A DNA stretch of 64,000 bases from Blepharisma stoltei ATCC 30299 (Eukaryota; Protista; Ciliophora), in assembly GCA_965603825.1 (NCBI GenBank), contig CBFDEM010000047.1:682001-746000 (forward strand). The letters are read 5' to 3'. The translations under genes were made by a program, and so were the position numbers. Shown piece by piece: positions 37,392-49,547 of the stretch; position 1 is the first letter of the stretch; the number at the start of each line of letters is the position of its first letter. Under the pieces are notes generated by a model, which worked only from the letters and a program-made list of their open reading frames with translations, ran no database searches and was not told the DNA's origin.

Positions 37392-38163
37392 ATTTGTCTT
37401 TTAATCATTTTATCTTTAGTTTATTTCTAAAGTTAAATAATTTGGAAACTCTAGAAAGATAGATTTTATATATATATGATAACTAAAAATATTTGTGTCT
37501 AATAGCATTATACAGAGCATACCTATTAAAGTAAATCCAAAAACTAATTTTTTTTTAACTGTCAAGCTAAAAAATGAATGTATTTTCTTTAGCAGTTATG
37601 CCTAACCGACAAGCTTAAAAATTAAAAGAAGTTTTAATATATTCAAATCCATGGAAAATTTATTTTTACTTTTTTATATTTATTAAAGTCAGATGCTCGA
37701 AGTGCCATTTTATATTGGTTTATTCAAAGCAATTTTAAACAAATTTAAAAATGAATTAGAATTATTTTAGATTAATCAGTATAATACAAATAAAAGATTA
37801 ATATACCCAAGAGCTGGTATAGTTTATGATTTAGCTATATACATTGTCTTGAGAAATTTCAGCTAGAATGGAATCTTAAAATAATTTTGCAAGTCTATCA
37901 TATTTATTTGGCACAAAAACCAATTTCTTATATTTCATTAAAACTGAAGCAGCAGGCTACTCTTAAAGTTAATAAATAATTGTTCTCATAATTGATATTT
38001 AAGCAATAATTTCATATAGAGAACTAAAATTTAATAGAAAGCATAAACATCTAAATAAAAATATAATTATCCTTCTAAATATTTTGTAATAAAAGGTAAA
38101 AAATTTATTTTGTTTATAACTCAATCTAGAGCTATTTATTACTCAAATGTTTTTAAGTCAAAA

Positions 38164-39000
38164 ATGAATCAAGATGACACGGTAAAAGAACTTCGCAGAA
38201 GGCAACAGCAATGGATGAGGGAAAGAGACATTGAGATGGAGCGGCAGAGCTTAGGCCTTGAAGGTCTATCTCCTGGAGATCTTGTCAACCAGCTTACAGA
38301 AAAAATTACATCAAAACTCCCATCTTCTTCAAAACAGCAAAAAATTGACAAATCAGTTGCAGATGAGCTAGAAACAAACACATGCTCTATTTGCTTTGAA
38401 TTAATGCTGCCAAAAGAGCATGCACCTATTATTCTCTTTCCATGTGGCCATACTCTTTGCAAGCTTTGCATTGAATCCCACTTTAAAACAGCCCGACAAA
38501 AAAACTGTCCTCTTTGCAGATGCAAAGTCGACAACCAAGCAGTCAACGTCTCCTTACAAAATCTTGTGGTGGTCTTTGCTAAGCAAAAAAATTTGTCAAA
38601 CCAAATAACTCAAGAATCCCAAATTTCCAGTCAATCAGATAATGGAGATTACACAGAGCAGCTACAAATGTACAACTTAAGATGTAAAATATTATATGAT
38701 GAAAAAACAGCCACCGAGCAACAAATTTTTCAGCAAAAACTGCTTATTGAGGACCGAGAAGCTGAAATCACAGTTTTGAAGTCTGAAGAAGACGACGCGC
38801 TTATGAGGATGCGAAAAGCTGAAGAAGAGCTGGAGCTGATAAGAAAACATCTCAGGAGAAGCAATGACGAAATTTCAAAAATTCAACACAAGTTAAATGA
38901 GTTGGAAACCACTGTGACTCTTATTGACGATACATTGAAATCCGTCGAAAGAGAAAGAGCTAAGGTCACAACACTAATTAATATTAAAAAGAATTCCTAA
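38164..39000 (+). CDS. C3HC4 RING-finger + coiled-coil protein (putative E3 ligase), 278 aa
   Basis: CSIC...PCGHTLCKLC...CPLC followed by a long coiled coil; first ATG 38164. Confidence 0.9.
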   Translation: MNQDDTVKELRRRQQQWMRERDIEMERQSLGLEGLSPGDLVNQLTEKITSKLPSSSKQQKIDKSVADELETNTCSICFELMLPKEHAPIILFPCGHTLCKLCIESHFKTARQKNCPLCRCKVDNQAVNVSLQNLVVVFAKQKNLSNQITQESQISSQSDNGDYTEQLQMYNLRCKILYDEKTATEQQIFQQKLLIEDREAEITVLKSEEDDALMRMRKAEEELELIRKHLRRSNDEISKIQHKLNELETTVTLIDDTLKSVERERAKVTTLINIKKNS

Positions 39001-39014
39001 TAAATTAGTAAACT

Positions 39015-40352
39015 CTAAGCTAGAGTGCTTTTGCTGACATATTCTTCTATATTTGCCATCGTCAAACTGTTAGGTCGCTCTATAGGTAGCCCAAGAGCTC
39101 TTGACCACACCAGTCCTGCAGAAACTCCTATAGCTCTGGAAACCCCAAAAAGCACTGTATAAAAATCAAATTCCCTCATCCCAAAATAGACCAAAAGTGC
39201 CCCAGAGTGTGCATCCACATTTGGATACGGATTTGCAGCTTTCCCTGCTTCTTTTAATACTCTTGGGACTACTTTATAAAGGGTAGCCACTAGTTTACAT
39301 AAAGGATCTTTAGGCATGACACGCTTGGCGAACTCCATCTGGCATACAAATCTAGGGTCAGTTACTCTTAAAACGGCATGTCCATATCCAGGAATGACCT
39401 GTCCACTGGCCAAAATTTCTTTAACGAATTTTTCAACTACTTCTTCAGTTGGGTTTTGGCCTGTTTTTTCTTGGAGTTTTAGCAAAAATTTCAAGCATTC
39501 TTGGTTAGCTAAGCCATGGAGAGGGCCTGCAAGACCATTAAGACCAGCTGAGTAGGCTAGATATGGGTCGCTTAAAGCAGAGCCAACCAAATGTGTGGCA
39601 TGGGCACTCACATTTCCTCCTTCATGGTCACAATGGATTGTTAAATAAAGTCTCATAAGCTCCCAAAAATGCTCGTTTTCAAATCCCATCATTTTGCTGA
39701 AATTTGCACTGAGGTCTAAACTTGGGTCGGTAGGGCCAAGTCTTCTGTCTTTATAAGTATTTCTATATATCATAGCAGCTATTCTAGGAATTCTTGCAAT
39801 TAAGTCGAGTGAGTCTTCAAGGACATATTCCCAGTAGTTCTCTTTTTTAACTCCAGCATTATAAGCTCTTACAAATTTACTTTCAGTTTGCAAAGAAAGA
39901 ACACCAATACTTAATTGATTCATTGGATGCATGTGCTGTGGCAGAGAATTCACTATACGAACTGTATGTTCTGGGATGGTTTCAGAACGCTCTGCAATTT
40001 CTCGTACCAGAATATCACAATCACTGTTAGAAGGGACTTCCCCTGTGATTAAGAGATAAAACATTGCCTCAGGTAATGGTTCACGCTTAGCTGATGGCAA
40101 ACGTACTTGACATTCTGGAAGGGTGAGCCCTCTGAACTTGATCCCTTTGAATGCGTCCAACTTTGATGTTTCCGTCATTAATCCTTTTATCCCTCTCATT
40201 CCTCCTATGACCTGCTCTATTGTAATTGGCCCCAGAACTTTGTTGCCGTGCTCTTTCCTGAGACGGGCAAGGCGTTCACGTGTTTCAGGAATCACATCAG
40301 CAAATCGTTGTTTAAGAGCTGAAATTGATCGTTTGAGAGTGGCTGAGATCAT
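39015..40352 (-). CDS. CS: Citrate synthase, mitochondrial (eukaryotic type), 445 aa
   Basis: DHEGGNVSAH, GLAGPLHGLANQE, IPGYGHAVLR, PNVDAHSG, ERP; Arg/Ser-rich presequence. Confidence 0.98.
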   Translation of the reverse strand: MISATLKRSISALKQRFADVIPETRERLARLRKEHGNKVLGPITIEQVIGGMRGIKGLMTETSKLDAFKGIKFRGLTLPECQVRLPSAKREPLPEAMFYLLITGEVPSNSDCDILVREIAERSETIPEHTVRIVNSLPQHMHPMNQLSIGVLSLQTESKFVRAYNAGVKKENYWEYVLEDSLDLIARIPRIAAMIYRNTYKDRRLGPTDPSLDLSANFSKMMGFENEHFWELMRLYLTIHCDHEGGNVSAHATHLVGSALSDPYLAYSAGLNGLAGPLHGLANQECLKFLLKLQEKTGQNPTEEVVEKFVKEILASGQVIPGYGHAVLRVTDPRFVCQMEFAKRVMPKDPLCKLVATLYKVVPRVLKEAGKAANPYPNVDAHSGALLVYFGMREFDFYTVLFGVSRAIGVSAGLVWSRALGLPIERPNSLTMANIEEYVSKSTLA

Positions 40353-41104
40353 ATTAAAATCTAGTGGATATATAAAAATTGATATAAATTAGAGAGAGTG
40401 GAGAGAAAAAGTGCTTAAATGAGTTTATTTATTATTATGATCTTTTACAGTGCTTAAAGTGCAGGAAATCGGATAAAGGGAAATGTGATTTCAGATGAAA
40501 TTTACATTTCTAAACGATCGAAATTTCTTGAAGTATGGCGTATGATATTTATCATATATAAGTTTTGCATATTTTTTAAGATTTTGTTAATATTATTACT
40601 TACTTAGCTATTTCAATAGATTTTAAAATATTTCTTTTCTATTCCCTAATTTTTATTATTGAATTTATGAAATAGCTAATATATATGCATTGGTGGAGTA
40701 ATTTCTTAAAGTATAACTTAGCGATTTTCTAAAGTTTTCTATAATAATCATTTACGCTTTCATTTAGTTTATGGAAATTAAGATATAAACCTTTCTGGTC
40801 TAAAAGAGATTATCATCAGAAATTCTTCTAAAATCTCAATTATAAATAAAGGAATTCCTGATAATAATTCTTTGGTTGAATTCTCTATCATTAAGCCATT
40901 CTTAGCATTTTATCTCACTTTTTTATTTTTACTACACATGATAATTATAAGGTAAATCATTTTCTTTGAATTTTATAAAATTAATTTTAGGTTAATTAAT
41001 AAAAGAGCCACATATATTTCTTTTTATTATGAGAAATCAATAAAACTAGCCTGATATCTAAACTTTAGTTAAAATAATTTTGCAGTCAGCTCTTTGTAAA
41101 TTTA

Positions 41105-42994
41105 ATGGTGAAAAATAACTCAAAAGTAAGCTCAAACTCTCCTCCAGCTAGCCCAGAAGCTGAAGAAGAGGCGAACTATGCAAAAAACCTCGAAAATGGG
41201 CCCCTCTATGAGAATCTCAAGACAATTGATTGTGCTGACCACAACAGCATGAAAATTCAGCTGGTTTGAGATTCAATTTGTTACTCTATAGACACAAAAA
41301 AAGGAAAACAAGAAATCCTAAAAGGAGTCTCAGGGTCTGCTAGCCCTGGGGAATTTGTAGCCATTATGGGTTCTTCAGGGGCTGGGAAAACTACCCTTTT
41401 GAATATAGTTGCAGGCAGGATTTCCAGCTTCCATAACTCCCATGTGACTGGAAGTGTAAAGGCTAACGGCGCTAATATAAGCAGCATAAAATTTGACCAA
41501 TTTTCTACTTATATTACTCAAGAAGACATTTTGCTTCCAACCCTGACTATTCGGGAATGCTTTGAGTTTTCAGCAAGAATGAGGCTGAAGGGCACAAATG
41601 AAGAAATTTTGGAAAAGGTAGAAAAAACAATAGCTGACTTAAAGCTTGAAAAAGCAGCAGATAATGTGATTGGGAGTGTACTTAATAAAGGAATTTCAGG
41701 AGGAGAAAGAAAAAGGACATGCATTGGGGTAGAAATCATAACTGATCCTGCTGTGATCATTTTAGACGAGCCGACATCAGGGCTTGACAGCTTTACAGCT
41801 GAAACTTTAGTAGATTTGCTTATTGAGCAAATAAATAAAGGCAAAACTGTAATCGCAACTATTCATCAGCCTAGTTCCAACGTTTTCAAAAAATTTTCAA
41901 AATTAATTTTACTATGTGAAGGATATACAGTTTATCAAGGTCCTCCAGCAGACTCCAGAAAATATTTTTCAAACCTCGGCTATAAATGTCCAAGACATGT
42001 AAACCCAGCTGATTTTTATATGAGACTGCTTCACGTTGTAAACCGCTTTGAGAAAACCCCTGAAGAAGAAGAAAAACTAAACAGTCTCGCTGACGCCTAT
42101 AAAGAATCCGAAATCAAAGAAACCCCCACTTCTAAATACGATCTCACAGAGCTGAAAAACAAAGGCGACAATAGCTTGAATTTTTTCAAAAAAGTCGGCT
42201 TATTGTGGAAACGCTCGATGATAAATGCTGTTAGAAATCCTTTCTTATCCCGAGTAAGACTTGCCCAATTTATTATAGTTTCTGCTATAATTGACCTTGT
42301 TTTTCATGACCTCGGCAATGATTTCGACTCCATCCAAAATACGACAGGTGTCTTATTTTTTATGACCCTTGGTAACATAATGTTAGGGAACAATCCAAGC
42401 GCTTTGACTTTTCCAGCAGAAAGACCTACGTTTTTAAAAGAGCACAGTGAAGGCTTATACAGCACTTTTATCTATTTTATAGCCAAAAACTTGTCAGAGC
42501 TGCCAATGCAGTTTGTAGTGACGATGATTTATTCCTTAATGGTTTATTTTGCCTTAGACTTAAACTTAACTGCCAGCAGGTTTTTCACGTTTTATGCAAT
42601 TTTGACTATTGCTCATATGGCAGGGGTTGGATCAGGCTATATAATCGGTGGGCTGTGTGAGACAGAAAATGTGGCCGCTCTTTTTGGACCGATTGTTCCA
42701 ACTTCACTTATTGTGTTTGGAGGGTCTTTTGGGAACTTAAAAAATATGAATGTTGCTTTTAGCTGGATACAGTATATTTCACCATTTGGGTGGTGCTTTA
42801 AGTCTTTAGTAATCAATCAGTATGAGGATTTTGATTTTGACTGTGACTCAGATGAGAAATGCGATCCACTTGATACGCTTGGGTTTAATGATCCTTTGTG
42901 AAAGGATATTATTTGCTTGATAGCGCTGATGATTGGATTCAGAATTATTGCTTTTGTATGTTTGAGCATGATATCAAGAAAAAAGAAACACTAG
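41105..42994 (+). CDS. ABCG (White-type) half transporter, 629 aa
   Basis: Walker A GSSGAGKT, signature ISGGERKR, Walker B IILDEPTSGLD, TIHQP, NPADF, C-terminal TMD; two TGA=Trp; TAG 42992-42994. Confidence 0.95.
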
Positions 42995-43282
42995 TTTTTC
43001 ATAATTATTATATAAATTTTACTATAATTATAATTGTTAATTCGTGAATACAATGGTGCTCCCCTAAAGCTAGAAGTAATAGTCCCAAGGGATTTTGAAC
43101 AGTTGTGGACAGAATTCACAAGCTGACCTTAATTTTTCTTTATTGACCATAAGACTGAGGAATTTGCATTGAACTTTTTCAAATTTATATATGCAAGATT
43201 ATTAATTGTTATTTGGCAACAAAATTTAATAAATTTTTTCCTTTTGTTAACTTTAATTGAAATCCATAATAATAATCACCAG

Positions 43283-45151
43283 ATGAGAGGATCTCATAGC
43301 GGTCATAAAAAATCATCTGATATGCCAGAAAACTTGGATTTAGATAGCTCAAGCTCTCTTAAGCAAGACACTTCTTCATACTTTGTCACGAATAGCACCG
43401 AAGAAAATAATACAAAAATTCAACTAATATGAGACGACATTCATTATGAAACTACAATCGATCGCAAACCGGTAGAAATCTTAAAAGGAGTATCTGGGTA
43501 TGCTAACCCAGGTGAATTCCTTGCTATTATGGGCTCATCAGGGGCTGGAAAAACCACTCTGTTAAACATTATTGCTGGGAGAATAAAGTCTTCGAACAAC
43601 TCTCAAGTCAAAGGAACTGTAAAAGCTAATGGAACCAACATAAACTCTATCAATTTTAATAAAGTGATGGCTTATATTACCCAAGAAGACATTTTATTGC
43701 CAACACTATCTATTAGAGAAGCCTTTACGTTTTCAGCAAAACTTAGGTGCCAAGGCTCTGACACTCAAATTGATGAAAAAGTGGAAAAAATGATAAAAGA
43801 CTTAAAACTTGAAAAAGTTTGTGACAATATAATTGGAAACACTTTAAAAAAAGGAATTTCTGGAGGAGAACGCAAAAGAGCTTCTATTGGAATTGAGCTG
43901 ATTTCTGAGCCTTCTGTAGTAATTTTAGATGAGCCGACTTCAGGGTTGGACAGTTTTACTGCCGAAATTTTGATTGATTTATTGATCGCTCAAGCGAAAT
44001 TAGGGAGAACTATAATTTCGACTATTCATCAGCCAAGTACAAATATTTTTAATAAATTTAATAGGCTCATTTTGCTTAGTGAAGGGCTTACCATTTATCA
44101 AGGAAAAACCAAAAATTCACGAAAATATTTTTCGAAATTAGGCTATGAATGCCCAGACAATATAAACCCAGCTGATTTTTATATGAGGCTGCTTCACATT
44201 GTAAATCGGTATAATATGACTCCAGAAGAGTCAGAAAAAATTTCTCATTTACTAACTGAGTATAAAAAATCAGAAAAAAAAACTGAAAACTCCAACTGTT
44301 TATCCTCTCAAATAGAATACACTAAAACTGGGAACCTCAGTGTTTTGTCAAAAATGAGTATCCTATATAAACGTTCTTTTCTAAATGCAACAAGAAATAC
44401 AATTCTCACAAAGGTCAGACTGATAGGGATTATATTCAATGGAACTTTGATTGATCTTTTGTTCCATGACTTAGGGAATGATTATACCTCAATTCAGAAT
44501 ATTAATGGCGTTTTTTCTGTTGTCCTGATGAATCTTCTGTTTAGCTCAGCAATGTCTTATTCATTGAGTTTTCCAGCTGAAAGGCCAATTTTTATAAAAG
44601 AGTACAGCCAAGGGCTCTATGGAAGCTTAATTTATTTTTTAGCAAAAAATATATCAGAGCTGCCTATGCAGATATTTGCCCCTATGGTTTATTCTTTATT
44701 AATTTATTTTGTGTTAGGACTGAATCTAGCTGCTGCCAAATTTTTTATATTTTATTCTTTGATTTGTTTTATAATACTTTCTGGGTCAGGAGTTGGATAC
44801 CTTATAGGAGCTTGTGTTGAAGGAGAATTATTAGCGGCTGCATTTGCACCGCTGCTGCCTTGCATTTTTTTAATATTTGGAGGTGTTTTTGGGAATTTAG
44901 ATAAAATAAATGCAGCTTTCCGATGAATGCAATACTTGTCACCTTTTGGCTGGGCCTATAAGTCTATAACTATAAACCAGTATACAGATTTTGACATGGA
45001 TTGTGGAGATATTGAATGCGACCCTCTTGGGATGCTTGGATTTCACGACCCACTTTGGCAAGATATTGTATGTCTTATAGCGTTTGTTATAGGAATTCGA
45101 GTGATTGCCTATTTTTTGCTGGTAATATGTGCTAGAAAGTATTTAAAATAA
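43283..45151 (+). CDS. ABCG half transporter (tandem paralogue), 622 aa
   Basis: Same motifs; TGA=Trp at 43430-43432 and 44924-44926. Confidence 0.95.
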
Positions 45152-45244
45152 AAATTCATATAATTTATTATCAATAATTTAGATGATTTTATTTTTAAAT
45201 GGATCGCCGTTAAGTATTTGTAAGCAAAAACTAGAAAACCACTA

Positions 45245-45530
45245 GTATAGCATCTGCATTTCTCAAATGATGCCTAGTATTTTCCTACTATTTGGAGGAA
45301 ACTTATACAGAATTAACATAGCTTTTCTCCTTTAAGCTGAATATATAAGTCTATGACTATAAATAAGTATTCAGAATTTGGCATGGATTGTGGAGATATT
45401 GAATTCGACCCTTATGGGATGCTTGGATTTCATAATCCGCTTAAAATGATATCATGTGCTTTATAGCATATGCTATAGAAATTCAAATTCGCATATATTG
45501 CGTAGGTAATATTTGCGAGAAAATGTTTTA
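45245..45530 (+). pseudogene. Degenerate relic of an ABCG 3' end
   Basis: Homologous to ~44830-45150 (e.g. ATGGATTGTGGAGATATTGAAT...GGGATGCTTGGATTTCA), with deletions, frameshifts and stops. Confidence 0.85.
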
Positions 45531-45715
45531 TTATTCTCAATGATAACTTTTTACGATTTTATTTTAGAAATTCATTGCTATTATTGACCATATTTAATAA
45601 AATTTGAATTTTAAGCCAATTTCGAGATATATTGTATCAGATCATTATTATTAAGTACCAAAAATTGCAATTAAGTCTTAAATCTTTATTTTATGTTTAA
45701 ATCTATGTCAATTTA

Positions 45716-46558
45716 ATGAGTGAAATTCAAACAAATCCAAGTCCCATATATAATTCTGATGCCAAAGCTATCAAGTATTTTCATCATGCAAGAGGAAACG
45801 CAGGCAAGCTTGAATTGAACGTGGATTTAATTTCTGAAGAATCTGAGCGAAAAGAAGTCGATTCCCTTCCAAGTGAACCTCAAAATGAATTTTCAACCCA
45901 AAAATCTCCAAAAGCTGAAGCAAGCTCAACAGGAATTGAAGATAAAAATTCAGAGCAAAGCTACCATAAAACTGCCTCTTTGGATTATTCGTTTTCTGAA
46001 GACCCAAGCAACTTGACGTACAGAATAAGTGATTCAGCATCAGGATTTAATAATTCTTTGGCTGAAAGATTTCCCAAGTTTACAACGGCATCTTTGACTT
46101 TAAGCGAAAGCTCAAGCATGCCTCCTTCAAATGATCTGAATTTTAGGAGTTCTCTTATTGAATACCGAGAATCAATAGGACAAGATTCAAACCCTTTTGA
46201 TATTATGGTAACTGAAGAGGAAGAGCACAGCGACGATACTAATTTTGGGAAAATTGACATCGAGACACCAGTTAAATCTCCAGAAGGAGAAAAATTGGTA
46301 CTTCAACAAATAAAACAGCAATTAAATTTGAAAGATATCAACTTAATTATTATAAATGACGAAGTAAGTGGAGACGATTTAGAAGACTCTGATTATATGC
46401 CACAGAATAATGATAAGAAACTGGATGACAGCTTTAAAATGATGAATAGCCGAATAATTAAATATAACACCGAAAGTAATGAGGAATCGAAAAATAATAC
46501 ATTGCAGCTTGAGGACCGAGGGCACAGCTGTGGATGCAATCTTTGCATTATTTTTTAA
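45716..46558 (+). CDS. Acidic Ser-rich disordered protein with C-terminal CaaX (CGCNLCIIF), 280 aa
   Basis: Intact ATG-TAA ORF; CIIF-stop prenylation motif with upstream cysteines. Confidence 0.85.
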   Translation: MSEIQTNPSPIYNSDAKAIKYFHHARGNAGKLELNVDLISEESERKEVDSLPSEPQNEFSTQKSPKAEASSTGIEDKNSEQSYHKTASLDYSFSEDPSNLTYRISDSASGFNNSLAERFPKFTTASLTLSESSSMPPSNDLNFRSSLIEYRESIGQDSNPFDIMVTEEEEHSDDTNFGKIDIETPVKSPEGEKLVLQQIKQQLNLKDINLIIINDEVSGDDLEDSDYMPQNNDKKLDDSFKMMNSRIIKYNTESNEESKNNTLQLEDRGHSCGCNLCIIF

Positions 46559-46802
46559 TTTGATCATAATTATAACTAAAGATAAAGTATGCTGTTAATC
46601 AAATAAATAAATACTTTAATTTCCATACGAAATTGCAAGCCACTTAGATATAATAAATGTAATTTTTTGCGATTGATCCTTTTCAGATTTTGCTAGCTCT
46701 ATATCTCTTTATTTGCGCATCTCAAAGTTAGCATTCTATTTATTATAAGAAATAGGGCCTAAATAATTTGTATTTATAATATTAATTATTAATTTTTCAC
46801 AT

Positions 46803-48131
46803 TTACAACTGTTCAACTATTGCAATCAGATCATTGTCTGAATAGATTTTTTTTACATCTGGCTTCTCTATTTCGAGTAAGACATTTGCATCAGAAACAG
46901 TCTGCGATTTTTTTATAAAATACACCCTCCTTGATCTTTCTTTGACCCTTCTAAAATGTTTTAAATTAAATTTAAGCCATGGATGATCCAAAGCTTCCTT
47001 TACTGTCAGCCTCTGGCTCGGATTAATTGCCGTCAGTTTAGTAACCATATCGATTGCTCCTTGCGAAATAATTTGCCAATACTTCCCTTTAAATGAAATT
47101 TTTCCTTCTCTATTATTTCTTATTTTTTCAGCCAGATTTCTCCCTGGAAATGCAGGATTTCCAGTTAATAGTCCATAAAGTACTATTCCTATGCTAAAAA
47201 TATCAACTTTATTGTCATAAAAATTTTGGCAGAAAATCTCTGGGGCGGTATATCCTGGTGTCCCACATTTTTTGGACAACTCATAATCATTTTCACAGGC
47301 CAAGCCAAAATCCGCCAATTTAAAGTCTATATCATTGTCTTCTGATACCATAAGAATATTTTCAAGCTTAATATCTCTGTGTACAATTCCTAAGGAATGC
47401 AAATAGTCTACAGCGTTTAAAAGCTTGACGATAATTTCAGCTGCTTTTTTTTCTGAATATCGACGAATTTTATTAATTCTTTCTAATAAATTGCCACCAC
47501 TTATGTATTCTAGTATAAGATATACACAAGTTTCGGATTCATACACTTTGTGGAGCTTGACGACGTTGGGATGATTGAGATTTCTCATCATACTAATTTC
47601 ATTTACTAGACTAGTAATACTATTGTGAAGACTATTTTCTCGTGATTTTGGGCATATTTTGATTGCGTATTTCATTCTAGTTTCTCTATCTTCTGCTAAA
47701 AAAACTTGTCCGTGGGCACCTTTTCCGATTTCTTTTATAAAATGAAAATCATTTGTAACATCAGTCATTATCCCGACCAAAGAAAGATTTCTAAGCCACT
47801 GATCAAGGAGGTCAGAAGATTCAACATAAAAATCTCTATAACGAGATCCTTGCCCTATCCGAAAGACATGATTCAACCCTGTCAGGTTTTCTTCCTCAAA
47901 GGCTTCAATTAATTTTCATTTTATGCTGGCTTGTTTAATGTTTTTGCCCTTTTGATATTTTAAAAGATTTTCTTCTGTAAGGGCAAGCGTTATTGGGACG
48001 AGCCGAGAGTTATCGATAAGTTCCCATACTAAACTTTCAAAAATTATTCTGTGGTTAATCTGGGTGCTTTTGCACCAAAACTTTTTTGAAATTCTGTCAT
48101 CGCAATCAATTTCGCGAAAAATCGATTCCAT
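46803..48131 (-). CDS. PH-CaMK kinase copy 7, 442 aa
   Basis: SIKW(TGA)KLIE joins the fragments. GKGAHG, HRDIKLEN, DFG, CGTPGYTAPE, DHPWL. Confidence 0.92.
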
Positions 48132-49547
48132 ATTAATTATTGGTTCTTTTTAGTTTGAAGATTTATTGGCATTAATTTCTATGCTAAGAGACACCGATGG
48201 TCGATCTTGCAAATATCATAAATTTATATTATATTTGAATTTATAAATATAGAGTTTTTGATTGAGTTTCATAAATAGGGTTTTAAAGGAATATGAAACG
48301 CTTTTTGAGTTCTGATAGCTGAGATAATATAATTTTAAATTTAAGGAGGGCGTTTAAGTATGCAGAATGCTCAATATAACCCTTGTCTTCAACAATTTTG
48401 TAAAACTTTTCTAATGATCAAATTTAAATAAATTTACCATAAAGAAGTGACAGAAACGAATTTATCCAACAATTTTATAAATAAAATTTGTAATCCATTT
48501 CTCCATTTTCATAAATAAAAGAAATATGAAACTTTGCTAAATTAATAATTAGACTTAAAAAATTTTTTACTAATTTTAATAAAAATGAAATTCATCAGCA
48601 GAAATATTCAAATTTTGGATCAAGGACTAAACCTAATTATCAATAAATTCATAAAATTTATAAATTTTACTTTATACCTTGCTCTAAATAGTGTAGTAAT
48701 TTAATACTAATATAACTTCTTTATTATATTTTGATCCGCCAAGCAGGAAAGGAATATTTATTTATCGAAAATATTGCTTATAAGAACAGATTTTATACAT
48801 TTTACCCGAGTAAATTTTAATTGCTTTAATTAGGAATAACGACTATAAATTTTAATCTTTATAATTGATGAATCTTTTGATTATTTATAACTCATGGAGC
48901 ATTTTGAACTTAACTAAATTGCTTATTTTAAGAATTTTACTCAATTTTATATGCAAATTAATTATAGCATGCTTATATATTTCTGCAGGCTATTAGCATT
49001 ATTTCTAGCTTATATAATCTAGGCACAAGCTTTCCTTGTTAGATTATTGAAAATTATGATAGAAAAATAACAAGATTTTTATATTTTTAAATTATAAATA
49101 AATTTAATCTAAGTTTATTCAAACAGACGCTAATTTATTAAAAGAATTTTTGTAATTTGTTTTTTTAATTGCAATGAAATTAAAAATTAGTATAAGGCTT
49201 ATCTTTTGATTTCCTATTAAGTTCACTTATCTAGAACTAATAACTATTTTTGGTATAAAATGGCGACTTTGCCTATTTCTTAAAATCCTTAACTATTTAA
49301 AAGCGATTTAAAAAATTTACAGACAGCGATCTTCAATATTTCTAAGCCAGCCTAAAGATATTATTCACTCAATGCAAAGCCACCGGCCTATGCATATCAA
49401 GCTGCCAATTATCATGATTTAAGTTGAAAACAATCAAGCCAAAAAAGGCAATTTTCATACCCAAATTTAATATTGATAGCTGGAATTAAAAATATCTCAA
49501 TGATAAGCATACTGATTTTTACTCTTTTTTTATTAAAATACTTTGCA

